Shown here: piece by piece, positions 1 to 8,918 of the stretch
Layout: every line of letters starts with the position of its first letter
Numbering within the stretch: the first letter of the stretch is position 1
Virus record (IMG/VR): IMGVR_UViG_3300048893_000093
Location: 1 to 51,656 of that record
Length of the DNA: 51,656 nucleotides
Source: a virus
Taxonomy: Duplodnaviria; Caudoviricetes
Reading direction: 5' to 3' (one strand)
Program-made: the position numbers and the translations under genes
Notes under the pieces: model-generated
The model's input: the letters and a program-made list of their open reading frames with translations, nothing else
Database searches by the model: none
What the model was told of the DNA's origin: nothing

Positions 1-127
1 CTAACGCTGCCAACACAAATACAATTATACAATGGGATTCTTTCCAATTTGGAAAATGAATTCGGTGTGCCAATTAACGACCAAGGTAAAGCAGAGATGC
101 GCGCACAGGCGGCAACGCAAGCCGCTA
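1..127. repeat. Terminal direct repeat, copy 1 (circular assembly overlap)
   Basis: 1-127 is identical to 51530-51656; 127 is a common assembler k-mer length. Confidence 0.95.
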
Positions 128-1164
128 CATTATTCGGGCAATATTTAGCAATTGCAGAAACACAAAAAAATATTTGGGTTGATTTATGTGATGAGGAAAC
201 ACTTATCCGCTTCGGTAAAATAAAAATAAACCGGGAGCCGTTTAGCGCATTGGCTGGAAGATATGATATTACAGTTACGGGCACAATTGGAGGCGTTATT
301 CCGGCTGAAACTACATTTAAAAGTGACGACAATTCGCTTAATCCCGGCGTATTGTATGTATTGGACGTTGAACATATAATGCTTACTACCAGCGATACGA
401 TTAATGTACGCGCACTTACAATTGGCGAAGCAGGTAAATTAAACATTGGCGATACTTTAACGGCCACTGCCCCGATGCCAGTCGTTAATTCTGGCGCGGT
501 TGTAACGGCGGAAACGGTACAACCATTAGCAGCAGAAGATATTGAAAATTATAGGGATATTGTAATTGCCGCATTTCGTATTGACGCGCAGGGAGGTTCG
601 CCTGGGGATTATCGTTTATGGGTTTCGGGTGTGCAGGGCGTTAAAATAATTTATCCATACGCACGCGAAGGATTTCCAAGCCAGGGAGTAATTTATATTG
701 AAGCCACAATAGCAGATAGCATTGATGGTAAAGGTACACCGTCAGCGCAAACAATTCTAGATGTTAAATCGGCTGTAAATTTCGATCCCGATACATCATT
801 GGATATTGATGAGCGCGGACGTAGGCCAATGATGGCTGCAATAGATTATGAACCAATAACAGTTAAGACTGTTGTTATTACAATCACTGGATTCCAGGCA
901 TTAACAGCCGGTAAGCAGGCATCTATATTGGCAGCATTACAGGATTCTATTTCGCAAATACGTCCTTTTTTGGATGCTGCCGATGACCCTATTTCAGAAA
1001 ACGATACATTGGATGACAATAAAATAATTGGCGTAATAACTTTAAATCAACCTGGTAATCCTTTTACTAGTGTTGGATTTACAGTTAATGGCGTACTACA
1101 CACAAGTTATGAATTTGTACTGGGCGATATTCCTTATTTAAATCCCGTTATAATTTACAACTAA
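1..1164 (+). CDS. Baseplate J-like / Mu gp47-like wedge protein; true ATG at 51527, across the circular junction
   Basis: Frame open from base 1 (LTLPTQIQLYNGILSNLENEF...); motifs G.IG.VIPA.T.F, AQGGS.GDY..W, GVQGV; follows the gp46-like gene on the circle. Confidence 0.85.
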   Translation, partial: LTLPTQIQLYNGILSNLENEFGVPINDQGKAEMRAQAATQAATLFGQYLAIAETQKNIWVDLCDEETLIRFGKIKINREPFSALAGRYDITVTGTIGGVIPAETTFKSDDNSLNPGVLYVLDVEHIMLTTSDTINVRALTIGEAGKLNIGDTLTATAPMPVVNSGAVVTAETVQPLAAEDIENYRDIVIAAFRIDAQGGSPGDYRLWVSGVQGVKIIYPYAREGFPSQGVIYIEATIADSIDGKGTPSAQTILDVKSAVNFDPDTSLDIDERGRRPMMAAIDYEPITVKTVVITITGFQALTAGKQASILAALQDSISQIRPFLDAADDPISENDTLDDNKIIGVITLNQPGNPFTSVGFTVNGVLHTSYEFVLGDIPYLNPVIIYN

Positions 1165-1184
1165 CCCATGAGACCTATTGTATA

Positions 1185-1901
1185 ATGGAACTGAGCGTAC
1201 AGGAAAAAATACAAAAATTAACTCGGCAGTTTTATCCGACTGGCCGCGCGTTTGCTCTACCGTTCGATTCTTATATTTTCCGTCTGCATCGCGCGCTTTC
1301 GATTAGTCAGGGTCAGGCTTATGAAGATAGCATAGCAATTTTATATTCATTACTTCCAGACAATGATAAATTTACAAGCGATGATGCAACCGACTGGGAG
1401 CGCCGATTAGCTATTACAACTAATTTATCTTTACCGTTAGAAACAAGAAAAGCAGAGATAAGGCGTAAAATGGCCGCGCCAGGAATACAACCTGCGCACG
1501 GACATTATTTATATTTACAAAGACAATTGCATGCGGCAGGATTTAATAATGTTTATGTTTACGAATCTTTTTTTGCAACTTATCCAAGCGGTTGGGACTA
1601 CACAAATCCGGCTGATTTGAATGGTGCGATATTATCAGAAGTTCAACAGGGTCAATTTCAGCAAGGTGATTGGCAACAAGGATTTTACATAAATGAATTG
1701 GTGGGAAATAATACTGATAATAATAAAGACATTCGATTTGATCCGGGTGGAATGAACGCTGTATTTTTTATCAGTGCAGGGCCAAACACGCCTGGTGTTT
1801 ATACTAATGTAAGTTTAAGTCGTGAGGCTGAATTTAGAAGGATCGTTTTGAAATTTAAACAATTGCAAACTGTGGGAGTTATGTTTTTGAATTTTGTATA
1901 A
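1185..1901 (+). CDS. Baseplate protein, Mu gp48 / DUF2313-like
   Basis: L...YPTGRAF and DWERRL motifs; directly after baseplate J. Confidence 0.75.
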   Translation: MELSVQEKIQKLTRQFYPTGRAFALPFDSYIFRLHRALSISQGQAYEDSIAILYSLLPDNDKFTSDDATDWERRLAITTNLSLPLETRKAEIRRKMAAPGIQPAHGHYLYLQRQLHAAGFNNVYVYESFFATYPSGWDYTNPADLNGAILSEVQQGQFQQGDWQQGFYINELVGNNTDNNKDIRFDPGGMNAVFFISAGPNTPGVYTNVSLSREAEFRRIVLKFKQLQTVGVMFLNFV

Positions 1902-1917
1902 TTAAAATAAAAATAAA

Positions 1918-2466
1918 ATGGCAGTAGGTATTCAAAACTATCCAAACATAGATCCGCCGGATTTCGATTTTCCAAATGGGCGAACAACAGATAATCCTGG
2001 CAATTTCTTAGGAACGCCGGTAAATTTAATCACCCTTGGCGATTATCAACAATGGTTCGCTAAAATAATGCGTATAGCTGGATTAAACGCCGATGGAATT
2101 CCTGATAGTGAATACAATGGTTTTCAATATTTGGATGCCGCGTTGATTGCTTTCCAAAGATACCGTAAAAACTATGTTCCCGGCGGTGGCGGTACAACCG
2201 CAATCCCACCTTATGAACAGGCGTTAGTATTTTATTTAAATGGTATTGGGCCAGGATCGGTAACAGCATTGCCAAATATGGCTAGCACATGTGACGGACA
2301 TACAGTGAAAGTGGTTAATGAAAGCGCGGGTGAAACTGTAGATATTACAGCGGACATAAATATAGATTCAAATGCTTCGCCATATACGCAGCCAATTCAA
2401 TCAATTCGTGAATACACGTTGATAAAATCGCTGCCTATGTGGGCTATTACTGAGAAATTTAATTAA
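1918..2466 (+). CDS. Short tail fibre / fibre-attachment protein
   Basis: N-terminal FPNG...GTP...D.QQ.F...AG....G.PD.....QY.DA pattern typical of fibre anchors after gp48. Confidence 0.6.
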   Translation: MAVGIQNYPNIDPPDFDFPNGRTTDNPGNFLGTPVNLITLGDYQQWFAKIMRIAGLNADGIPDSEYNGFQYLDAALIAFQRYRKNYVPGGGGTTAIPPYEQALVFYLNGIGPGSVTALPNMASTCDGHTVKVVNESAGETVDITADINIDSNASPYTQPIQSIREYTLIKSLPMWAITEKFN

Positions 2467-2510
2467 AAACATGAGCTTGCCTGACAAATTTATATATTAA
2501 ATAAAAACAC

Positions 2511-2518
2511 TACATTTG
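2511..2518 (+). promoter_or_regulatory. Bacteroidota-type -7 promoter box TACATTTG
   Basis: Matches TAnnTTTG, 18 nt upstream of ATG 2537. Confidence 0.55.
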
Positions 2519-2536
2519 ATGGCAAAAATTATTGCC

Positions 2537-3376
2537 ATGAAAAAACAACCCACAACAATCTGCTCACTTGTATTCTTGCTTTCGTGCTTATGCACATTCC
2601 TACATGCTCAAATCATTCCAGTAACAATTATCGAAACGCGACCCGAAGCGTTGTGTACTGGTGATACTATTGAAGTTAGATTTGTTGTATTAGCTCAATT
2701 ACAACCGAACCAAATTTTTAAAGTCGGTGTAAGGTTAGATCGAAATAATACAACATTGATCGACACACTTTTCACTGGCACGCTTTCGCAATTAACGGTA
2801 GTCGATACTATTAGTATCGGCTTGGTTTACGGCGAGAAATTGAAAATACCGAATCAGTGCCCGGTAGGTACTTGGTCAGTTAGTGGTAATATATTGTCTC
2901 CGAACCAAGTAACACTTGGTATTATTGCCTGTAATCCAATCCCACAAATAATAAGTTTTTCACCTGATACGCTTTGTCCGGGAGATACGATTTGTATTAA
3001 ACTTTACAATCCATTAAAGGATTCTTTCAATTTCAATTGGATGACTACACAAGGTGAATCTGTTATAGTGTGGACGCAGATATTAACAAGTGGTAATGAA
3101 ACAGATACGATGAACTATTGTTTCAGGACACCTGATTTTTTATATCTGTCGTGTGGCCCCGCTTTTATTGGAATTGATCTTATTAACCAGTGGCCGATAT
3201 ATATTAAATGTGGTTGTATAATAAATTGGCTTGGAATAAAACAGAACGATCCGAATAAATTAAAACCAATTTATTACGACATTATGGGTAACCGCGTAGA
3301 ACCTCAGCAAGGAATGTTTTTGATTGAGCAGAAGGGACGGGAAAAACCGCATCCAGTTATTATAACCGAACCGTAA
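2537..3376 (+). CDS. Secreted Ig/IPT-like repeat protein with T9SS-CTD-like tail (moron)
   Basis: Signal peptide MKKQ...FLHA/Q; repeats PEALCTGDTIEV and PDTLCPGDTICI; C-terminal IYYDIMGNRV...GMFLI motif. Confidence 0.6.
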   Translation: MKKQPTTICSLVFLLSCLCTFLHAQIIPVTIIETRPEALCTGDTIEVRFVVLAQLQPNQIFKVGVRLDRNNTTLIDTLFTGTLSQLTVVDTISIGLVYGEKLKIPNQCPVGTWSVSGNILSPNQVTLGIIACNPIPQIISFSPDTLCPGDTICIKLYNPLKDSFNFNWMTTQGESVIVWTQILTSGNETDTMNYCFRTPDFLYLSCGPAFIGIDLINQWPIYIKCGCIINWLGIKQNDPNKLKPIYYDIMGNRVEPQQGMFLIEQKGREKPHPVIITEP

Positions 3377-3431
3377 ACCTCAGCGAAAAAATAAATTTGG
3401 AGTTTGGTTTTATTTGTATTAATTTAGCCCT

Positions 3432-3617
3432 CGCACTCAAAGCATACATTAACATGAATCAAAATTATATCCTTCGTTCGCAGTCGCTAACCGCTCCGCT
3501 CTGTGGAACACTCGGATATAATGTGATTATGTTAAGTAGCCGCACAGAATAACGTGGCCTAAAAAGGCCCGTTTATTCTTTTTCGATACTCGCTAACGCG
3601 ACCTGTGTGTATGTTAA
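3432..3617 (+). repeat. Structured repeat A1 (bulged long hairpin with XerD-like arm plus a second hairpin)
   Basis: 3442-3472 pairs with 3514-3540; GAATAACG-TGGCCT-AAAA-AGGCC-CGTTTATTC stem; homologous to 39562-39750. Confidence 0.8.
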
Positions 3618-3645
3618 TTTAATAGTGTAATAAAATATTTTAAGA

Positions 3646-4230
3646 TCATGGCAACTTTCCATTGACCGGATAACATTTATGCATAGGTGTTATTTCGCAG
3701 GCGAGTTGTCTATGGGAAAAAAATTTCTCAGTTATTTCAGCAACTAATATTCGTTGGTCAATAATAATTTTCATTATAGATCTTATTGAAGCGTCAGTGT
3801 AGGGTAACATTTCTTCTTTTGAATTAGTGCCTTTTACTTCAAAATTTACTAATTTAAAAACACCGTCTTTGTTATAATTTTCTACACAATTATGAGATGT
3901 ATCTAACATATAATGAGCCATTCTGTTTCTTTCAGGAATAATCTTTTCAAAAGTATCTAAAAATTCAGGGTGTTCTTCAATAAATTGTTTGTAATTATTT
4001 TTTAAAATATAACCAATAGCTTCTTTCTTACCGTTAAACGTCATTCTTTTTGTGGCAAGTATTAATTGAAATAAATCACGTCTTTTATCATTGTTGTTTC
4101 CACAAAAATATCTTGATAAAAATTCATCAACATGCCTTTCTAAATAAACCAATTCACTTATAATTGAACCCCTACAAAATTCAGATAAGGTCATTAATTC
4201 CCTCATATTTTTTATTTCTAATTTTCCCAT
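3646..4230 (-). CDS. HEPN-like (MtlR-like helical fold) protein, possible RNase/defence factor
   Basis: RNRMAH fits the HEPN RX4H motif; very AT-rich; antisense to flanking structural genes. Confidence 0.55.
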   Translation of the reverse strand: MGKLEIKNMRELMTLSEFCRGSIISELVYLERHVDEFLSRYFCGNNNDKRRDLFQLILATKRMTFNGKKEAIGYILKNNYKQFIEEHPEFLDTFEKIIPERNRMAHYMLDTSHNCVENYNKDGVFKLVNFEVKGTNSKEEMLPYTDASIRSIMKIIIDQRILVAEITEKFFSHRQLACEITPMHKCYPVNGKLP

Positions 4231-4300
4231 CCCGCTAAAATAGCAATTCTCTTTTTAATCAGCCATTCCGCACATACCACCTGCCCTGCCCACAACCGAA

Positions 4301-4371
4301 GCTACTGTAACATAATGCACCATTATAATCCCGTGAAAAACGTTATCATAATTCGCATTATATTAAATAGC
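4301..4371 (+). repeat. Hairpin B1 with XerD-like arm TTATATTAAAT
   Basis: GCTACTGTAACATAATGC...GCATTATATTAAATAGC imperfect inverted repeat; homologous to 40267-40349. Confidence 0.7.
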
Positions 4372-4422
4372 CGCTATGGAATTTTTTTATGTCGATTTGG
4401 GTATTTTTTATTAATTTTATAT

Positions 4423-5154
4423 ATGCCCTCAAACTTCAAATTTTCAATTGATACTTCAGCCACGGTAAAATGGACTAATAAATTAGAACAGATACACCGA
4501 TCTGCTTTACCGATCGCGGCCAGGTCAGCAATCAATGATACAATTTTTGATGTTAAAACCAGGACAATGCCGCAAGAAACTCAATCCGATTTTACTATCC
4601 GGCAAAAAAATTTCTTTATCGCCAATAGCAAATTCATAAAGGCAGAAGGTTTTGAATTAAAATCCATGAAAGGACAGATCGGATTTTATGAAAACAAATT
4701 GAAAAATCAGGCGACCAATTTTGCTATAAAGGATTTGGAACAGCAGGAACATGGTGGTGTAATACATAGCAAAACATTTATTGCAATGCCTGGCGCACGG
4801 ATTGGCGGTAAAGGAAATGTACGCGCAAATGCAAGGTTGAAAACAATTAGGGAAAGAGGTATTGTTGACGTTACAAAATCACAAGGTAAAACAGACGCAG
4901 CAAAATTTTATTCATCAATTAAACATGCTGGTGTTGGTGGATTTATTTTAGCTAAGAATATATTATGGAGGGTTAATTCGGTGGGCGCATTTGCGAAACT
5001 CACCCCCTTATATTCCGAATCCAAAGGCCGCTCCATCCACGTCAACCCTACCAATTTTATGAAAAATGCCTCAAACCGATCACATAAAAAAATGGAAGGA
5101 TTTTACATAAAACAGGCCCAAAAACAACTATTGAAATATTGGGATAGGAAATGA
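4423..5154 (+). CDS. Putative tail-completion / neck morphogenesis protein (basic)
   Basis: Probable start ATG 4423 (MPSNFKF); A.RSAINDT.F motif and C-terminal FM..AS basic pattern of neck/tail completion proteins. Confidence 0.5.
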   Translation: MPSNFKFSIDTSATVKWTNKLEQIHRSALPIAARSAINDTIFDVKTRTMPQETQSDFTIRQKNFFIANSKFIKAEGFELKSMKGQIGFYENKLKNQATNFAIKDLEQQEHGGVIHSKTFIAMPGARIGGKGNVRANARLKTIRERGIVDVTKSQGKTDAAKFYSSIKHAGVGGFILAKNILWRVNSVGAFAKLTPLYSESKGRSIHVNPTNFMKNASNRSHKKMEGFYIKQAQKQLLKYWDRK

Positions 5155-5180
5155 GCCGCCTTTTTTCTATTTTTACATAA

Positions 5181-6422
5181 TTGAGCTGGCAGGATAGATA
5201 TACCCAAGTTATGAGCATCCGAACTGGTGACGGCGAAACGTTCCTAGTTCACACATTACCCTCATATTCATTAGAGGAAGAATACCACGAAACTGAATAT
5301 GAGCTTGTTGATATTGACTTGCCGCTAATTAAAAAACGTAAATTAAAACGCCGGGAGTTTCCACTTGAATTTTACTTTATCGGCGATAATCATTTATCCG
5401 AATCTTTTTCATTTCGTTTCTCAGCAGGGCATCCCGACCCTTGGGAAATACAGCATCCATATTATGACTTCATTAATTGCCAAGTAACCCAATTAAAATT
5501 TGATGACATCGATTTAAACATTACGAAAGTTACATGTATTGCGAAAGAAACTATTTTAGATGGTACACAGGTAAAGTTCATTCAAAATCAAAGCGATGTT
5601 ATACAGCTAAAGTCAATTGCAGTTGAACAAGCTATAACCTCAGATACTGATATAACAGGACTTTCAATAAAAGAAACACAGACACTAAAACAAACCACTA
5701 CAAAAAATTATAATTCAGCCGTCAAAATAATTAAAGACCCGGTTGATGCTGAGAATTATTATAACGCTTTTAGTAAAGCTAACGCAGCTATCAATAATCT
5801 CACGCATGAGCCTGTAGTATTTATGCGGGAAATAACATCTTTGATATTGGCGCCATATCAATTCAATGCAAGCGTAAAAGACAAAATCCGTATCCTGAAT
5901 AATCAGTATGCAAATTTCAGGGCCACGCTTACAGGTCTTACAACATCGGCTTCAAAAAAACTTTATCAATTGATGGTAAGTGGCAATATTAGCGCGACTT
6001 GTAATGCTGCCGCCACGCCAACACAAACAGGTATAGGCCCCGTCATATCAACTACATTTGTTCAAAGCGTACAGCAATTGATAAATACAAATTATCGGCA
6101 ATTCAGAAATGATCTTGGCAGTCTACAGGGTTTAAACGGTGGCAATGCTTTATTTTTTATTCCAAACTTTGACGTTAACCAATCGCTTAACGACATCGTT
6201 ACATTTACAACTTCTGCATTGATCGAAATTGCATTGAACGGTCGAAAGGAAATTCGATATACTTTAACAGAAGATAGTAATGTGATTTTACTTACACACC
6301 GCTTTTATGGGCTTGACCCTTTGGATAATAATATTCAAAATTTCATCCAACAAAATAAAATTCGGTATAAAGAAATTGCATTGGGATTACCGAAAGGGCG
6401 AGAAATAGTTTATTATGCGTAA
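5181..6422 (+). CDS. Mu gp43-like DNA circularisation / tail tube initiator protein
   Basis: N-terminal SWQDR, HPYYD motif, C-terminal LysM-like LTHRFYG; precedes hub gene. Confidence 0.7.
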   Translation: MSWQDRYTQVMSIRTGDGETFLVHTLPSYSLEEEYHETEYELVDIDLPLIKKRKLKRREFPLEFYFIGDNHLSESFSFRFSAGHPDPWEIQHPYYDFINCQVTQLKFDDIDLNITKVTCIAKETILDGTQVKFIQNQSDVIQLKSIAVEQAITSDTDITGLSIKETQTLKQTTTKNYNSAVKIIKDPVDAENYYNAFSKANAAINNLTHEPVVFMREITSLILAPYQFNASVKDKIRILNNQYANFRATLTGLTTSASKKLYQLMVSGNISATCNAAATPTQTGIGPVISTTFVQSVQQLINTNYRQFRNDLGSLQGLNGGNALFFIPNFDVNQSLNDIVTFTTSALIEIALNGRKEIRYTLTEDSNVILLTHRFYGLDPLDNNIQNFIQQNKIRYKEIALGLPKGREIVYYA

Positions 6423-6428
6423 ACATAA

Positions 6429-7745
6429 ATGATAAAGTTAGTTGTAAATACACGGGAATCTTCTACACGACCAACACTTATAACCGCTACTCTTTTTAAT
6501 GAGATCGAATTAAATTTAAAATACGATTCAATCGCATCCACATTCAGACTACAATTATTTTTTGATCCGAATAATCACGAACACGCTGAATTAGCAGCCG
6601 TTTCTCATATACATGAATGTAAATTATATTATGTTCACGATAAACCTGGAATGTATGCAGTTGGTCAGGGGCCGGGTGGTAAAGCAATTTTAGGGTTAAC
6701 CCATGACGAATTGATACTAACAGGATTCATGCTTTCTCAATTATTTATTAAGGGGCCAAAACCTACATTCATGGAAATTGGCGGTTATTCAAAACCGGGT
6801 GTTATTGGTGATTGCGATTTTCCAACAAAAGCATATCCGCTTGAAAGTATCGGTATGTCATTGCGTCAAATTATAAATCAAAAAGTACTTCCATATTTCA
6901 GCGATCCTGCAAGCGGTGGTTTTAAATTTTATGTCAAAAGCAGCCGTGCCGATTCGGTATTTGAAACAGATATAAATAAAAAACAAACTAAGGCGAATTC
7001 ATTGGGTTTGCCCGAATCAATGAAAGCATTTATTCAAAGCGCAAGTGATGACACGGATGAACCGATTGATAAAACAACTGGCCCTGAATCTCAAAATATT
7101 TTATCTTATCTTAAAGATTTGGCAGTACAAAAAAATCTTATTTTATCAACTGATTGTTTTGGAAATCTTATTGTGAATGTGCCATATACCGGCGATTCAA
7201 AAGGTAACTGTGATTATATTTTTGAAATTGGGACAAACTCAATTAGAGCAATAAACCCACTTGATATTAAATCAAGCTACAATGGGCAGGCTATGTTTAG
7301 CGATATTGAGGTGGTTGGGCAAGCACCCAAAGATAACGATCTGAGCGGTGATGGTGGCAACATGCCATACGCTCACATAACAAATCCATTCGTGCCAATT
7401 GTTTACAGGCCAAAGGTTATAAAAATATCTTCCGGTACAAATGATGATTGTTTGAGAGCAGCTATACGGGAGCGAAGCAGTCAATTATCTCACGCCAATT
7501 TAAAAATAGAATTAGATAAGCCAGCCGTGAATGGCAGGTTTATATTTCCAAATAATATGATCCGCGTAATAAGCCGTGATAATTATTTTTATATTCCATC
7601 GCAATGGTTCATTGAAGAAATGAATTATAAATTAAATGCAGATGGTGAAAAAGCAACGATAACCGCAGTGCCGCCAGGTGTTTATGATACCAGAACACCA
7701 ATGAATCCATTTGTTTTACCAGGTGAAAATTTAGGGAGGGTATAA
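6429..7745 (+). CDS. Baseplate hub, Mu gp44-like
   Basis: DSIASTF, GYSKPGV..DC, FSDI.V.GQ and YRPKV motifs. Confidence 0.75.
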   Translation: MIKLVVNTRESSTRPTLITATLFNEIELNLKYDSIASTFRLQLFFDPNNHEHAELAAVSHIHECKLYYVHDKPGMYAVGQGPGGKAILGLTHDELILTGFMLSQLFIKGPKPTFMEIGGYSKPGVIGDCDFPTKAYPLESIGMSLRQIINQKVLPYFSDPASGGFKFYVKSSRADSVFETDINKKQTKANSLGLPESMKAFIQSASDDTDEPIDKTTGPESQNILSYLKDLAVQKNLILSTDCFGNLIVNVPYTGDSKGNCDYIFEIGTNSIRAINPLDIKSSYNGQAMFSDIEVVGQAPKDNDLSGDGGNMPYAHITNPFVPIVYRPKVIKISSGTNDDCLRAAIRERSSQLSHANLKIELDKPAVNGRFIFPNNMIRVISRDNYFYIPSQWFIEEMNYKLNADGEKATITAVPPGVYDTRTPMNPFVLPGENLGRV

Positions 7746-7748
7746 AAA

Positions 7749-8294
7749 ATGAACGCACGATTATTAAGAGTTACAAACACTGTTTTAAATAAAATATTTC
7801 AACTTGAAATAAAAGCGATTGCATCTAAAAGTACATACACGGCTGAGGACTACGGCCCATACGGCACCGATTCACGCCCACCAAAAAATGCCACGGTAAT
7901 TTATATTACAACAGAGCGTAACGGCGACGAGGCAATAATAGGCGTTTTAAATAAAGGCCGTAAAGCTGAAATTGGTGAGCATCGAATATTCAGCACTAAC
8001 GCTGACAGGTTATTCAAATTCAATATCTGGCTTACCGCAGATGGTAAAGTGCGTATAGGTAACAGCGATGCCCCGGCAGACTACACCAATTTTGCTACCC
8101 GGTATAACGAACTTAAAACGGCTTATGACAAAACTGTGCAATATCTGACTACTTTAAAACTTGCCACAAAGGCAGTTGCGGTGGCCGTTGATGCCATTGC
8201 ACCAGGAACTAGCGCCGCTTTTGATGCCGCAATGGCCGGTCAAACAACGGGGGATATTTCGGAAGCAAAAGCAGATACTATTTTGTTAAAATAG
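7749..8294 (+). CDS. Baseplate spike, Mu gp45-like
   Basis: PYG.DSRPP and GE.RIFS motifs; synteny after hub. Confidence 0.7.
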   Translation: MNARLLRVTNTVLNKIFQLEIKAIASKSTYTAEDYGPYGTDSRPPKNATVIYITTERNGDEAIIGVLNKGRKAEIGEHRIFSTNADRLFKFNIWLTADGKVRIGNSDAPADYTNFATRYNELKTAYDKTVQYLTTLKLATKAVAVAVDAIAPGTSAAFDAAMAGQTTGDISEAKADTILLK

Positions 8295-8348
8295 CAAAAA
8301 TGACAATTGCAAATATTTTTATTACCTTTAACCGATAATCAAAACTAA

Positions 8349-8678
8349 ATGGCAATTTTATATTTTACCCTTGATGCTAATTTTGAAAGCTGCACGTCAA
8401 TTAAGGCTAAGATAAATAAATTAAATGTCCTGATAGATGCCATGTTCAATACGGCAACCAAAGCAATTTCCACTGGCAACCATGCATCTTATAAAATAGA
8501 TGACGGTCAAAGCGTGCAGGAAGTCGTTTATACTAGCATGATCTCAGTACAGAAAGCCATACAGGCTTATGAAAATTTAAAACAAATGTACATCAATAAA
8601 TTAACCGGTAACGAGTTTCGCCAGGTCAGCGAACAGAACCTTACCCGTTATCGGGGATTTTTTGGTAGGGGATGGTAA
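8349..8678 (+). CDS. Head-tail joining protein (lambda gpW-like)
   Basis: SY.IDDGQS...V.Y between two helices; upstream of portal. Confidence 0.6.
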   Translation: MAILYFTLDANFESCTSIKAKINKLNVLIDAMFNTATKAISTGNHASYKIDDGQSVQEVVYTSMISVQKAIQAYENLKQMYINKLTGNEFRQVSEQNLTRYRGFFGRGW

Positions 8679-8687
8679 CAGCACAAT

Positions 8688-8915
8688 ATGACAAAAATAA
8701 AATATAGAGTATCAGAATATAAAATCCCTCAACCTCAAACGGGTTTCAGATATTTTGTCGAGATAGGCAGACCTTATGAAGAGCGCACATTCCTTTGGTT
8801 TTATTCATCGAAAATTAATTGGGAAATGGATGCGGGTTTTAAAACAATGGAAGAGGCCATACAACGTATTGGTGAGATAAAACAAACCGTTCCAATATTT
8901 CACGAAATTCGTTAA
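8688..8915 (+). CDS. Hypothetical protein
   Basis: 75-aa ORF tightly packed between gpW and portal. Confidence 0.55.
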   Translation: MTKIKYRVSEYKIPQPQTGFRYFVEIGRPYEERTFLWFYSSKINWEMDAGFKTMEEAIQRIGEIKQTVPIFHEIR

Positions 8916-8918
8916 CGC

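Larger units (their letters stand above)
3377..4390 (+). mobile_element. Accessory module 1: ACCTCAGCGA - element A1 - HEPN-like gene - hairpin B1
   Basis: End sequences shared with 39492-40370 and, inverted, with 10655-11583. Confidence 0.55.

Noticed and set aside
1-127. Biological terminal repeat
   Set aside because: Length matches an assembler k-mer and it falls inside a gene; gpA-type packaging would start near terS
3432-3617. tRNA or classical integron attC
   Set aside because: No cloverleaf or T-loop consensus; no clear RYYYAAC...GTTRRRY ends and no IntI gene
4315-4422. N-terminal extensions given by the ORF track (also 19541-19654, 19929-20060, 44326-44385, 2516-2536)
   Set aside because: They run through hairpins, promoters or terminators; downstream ATGs fit better
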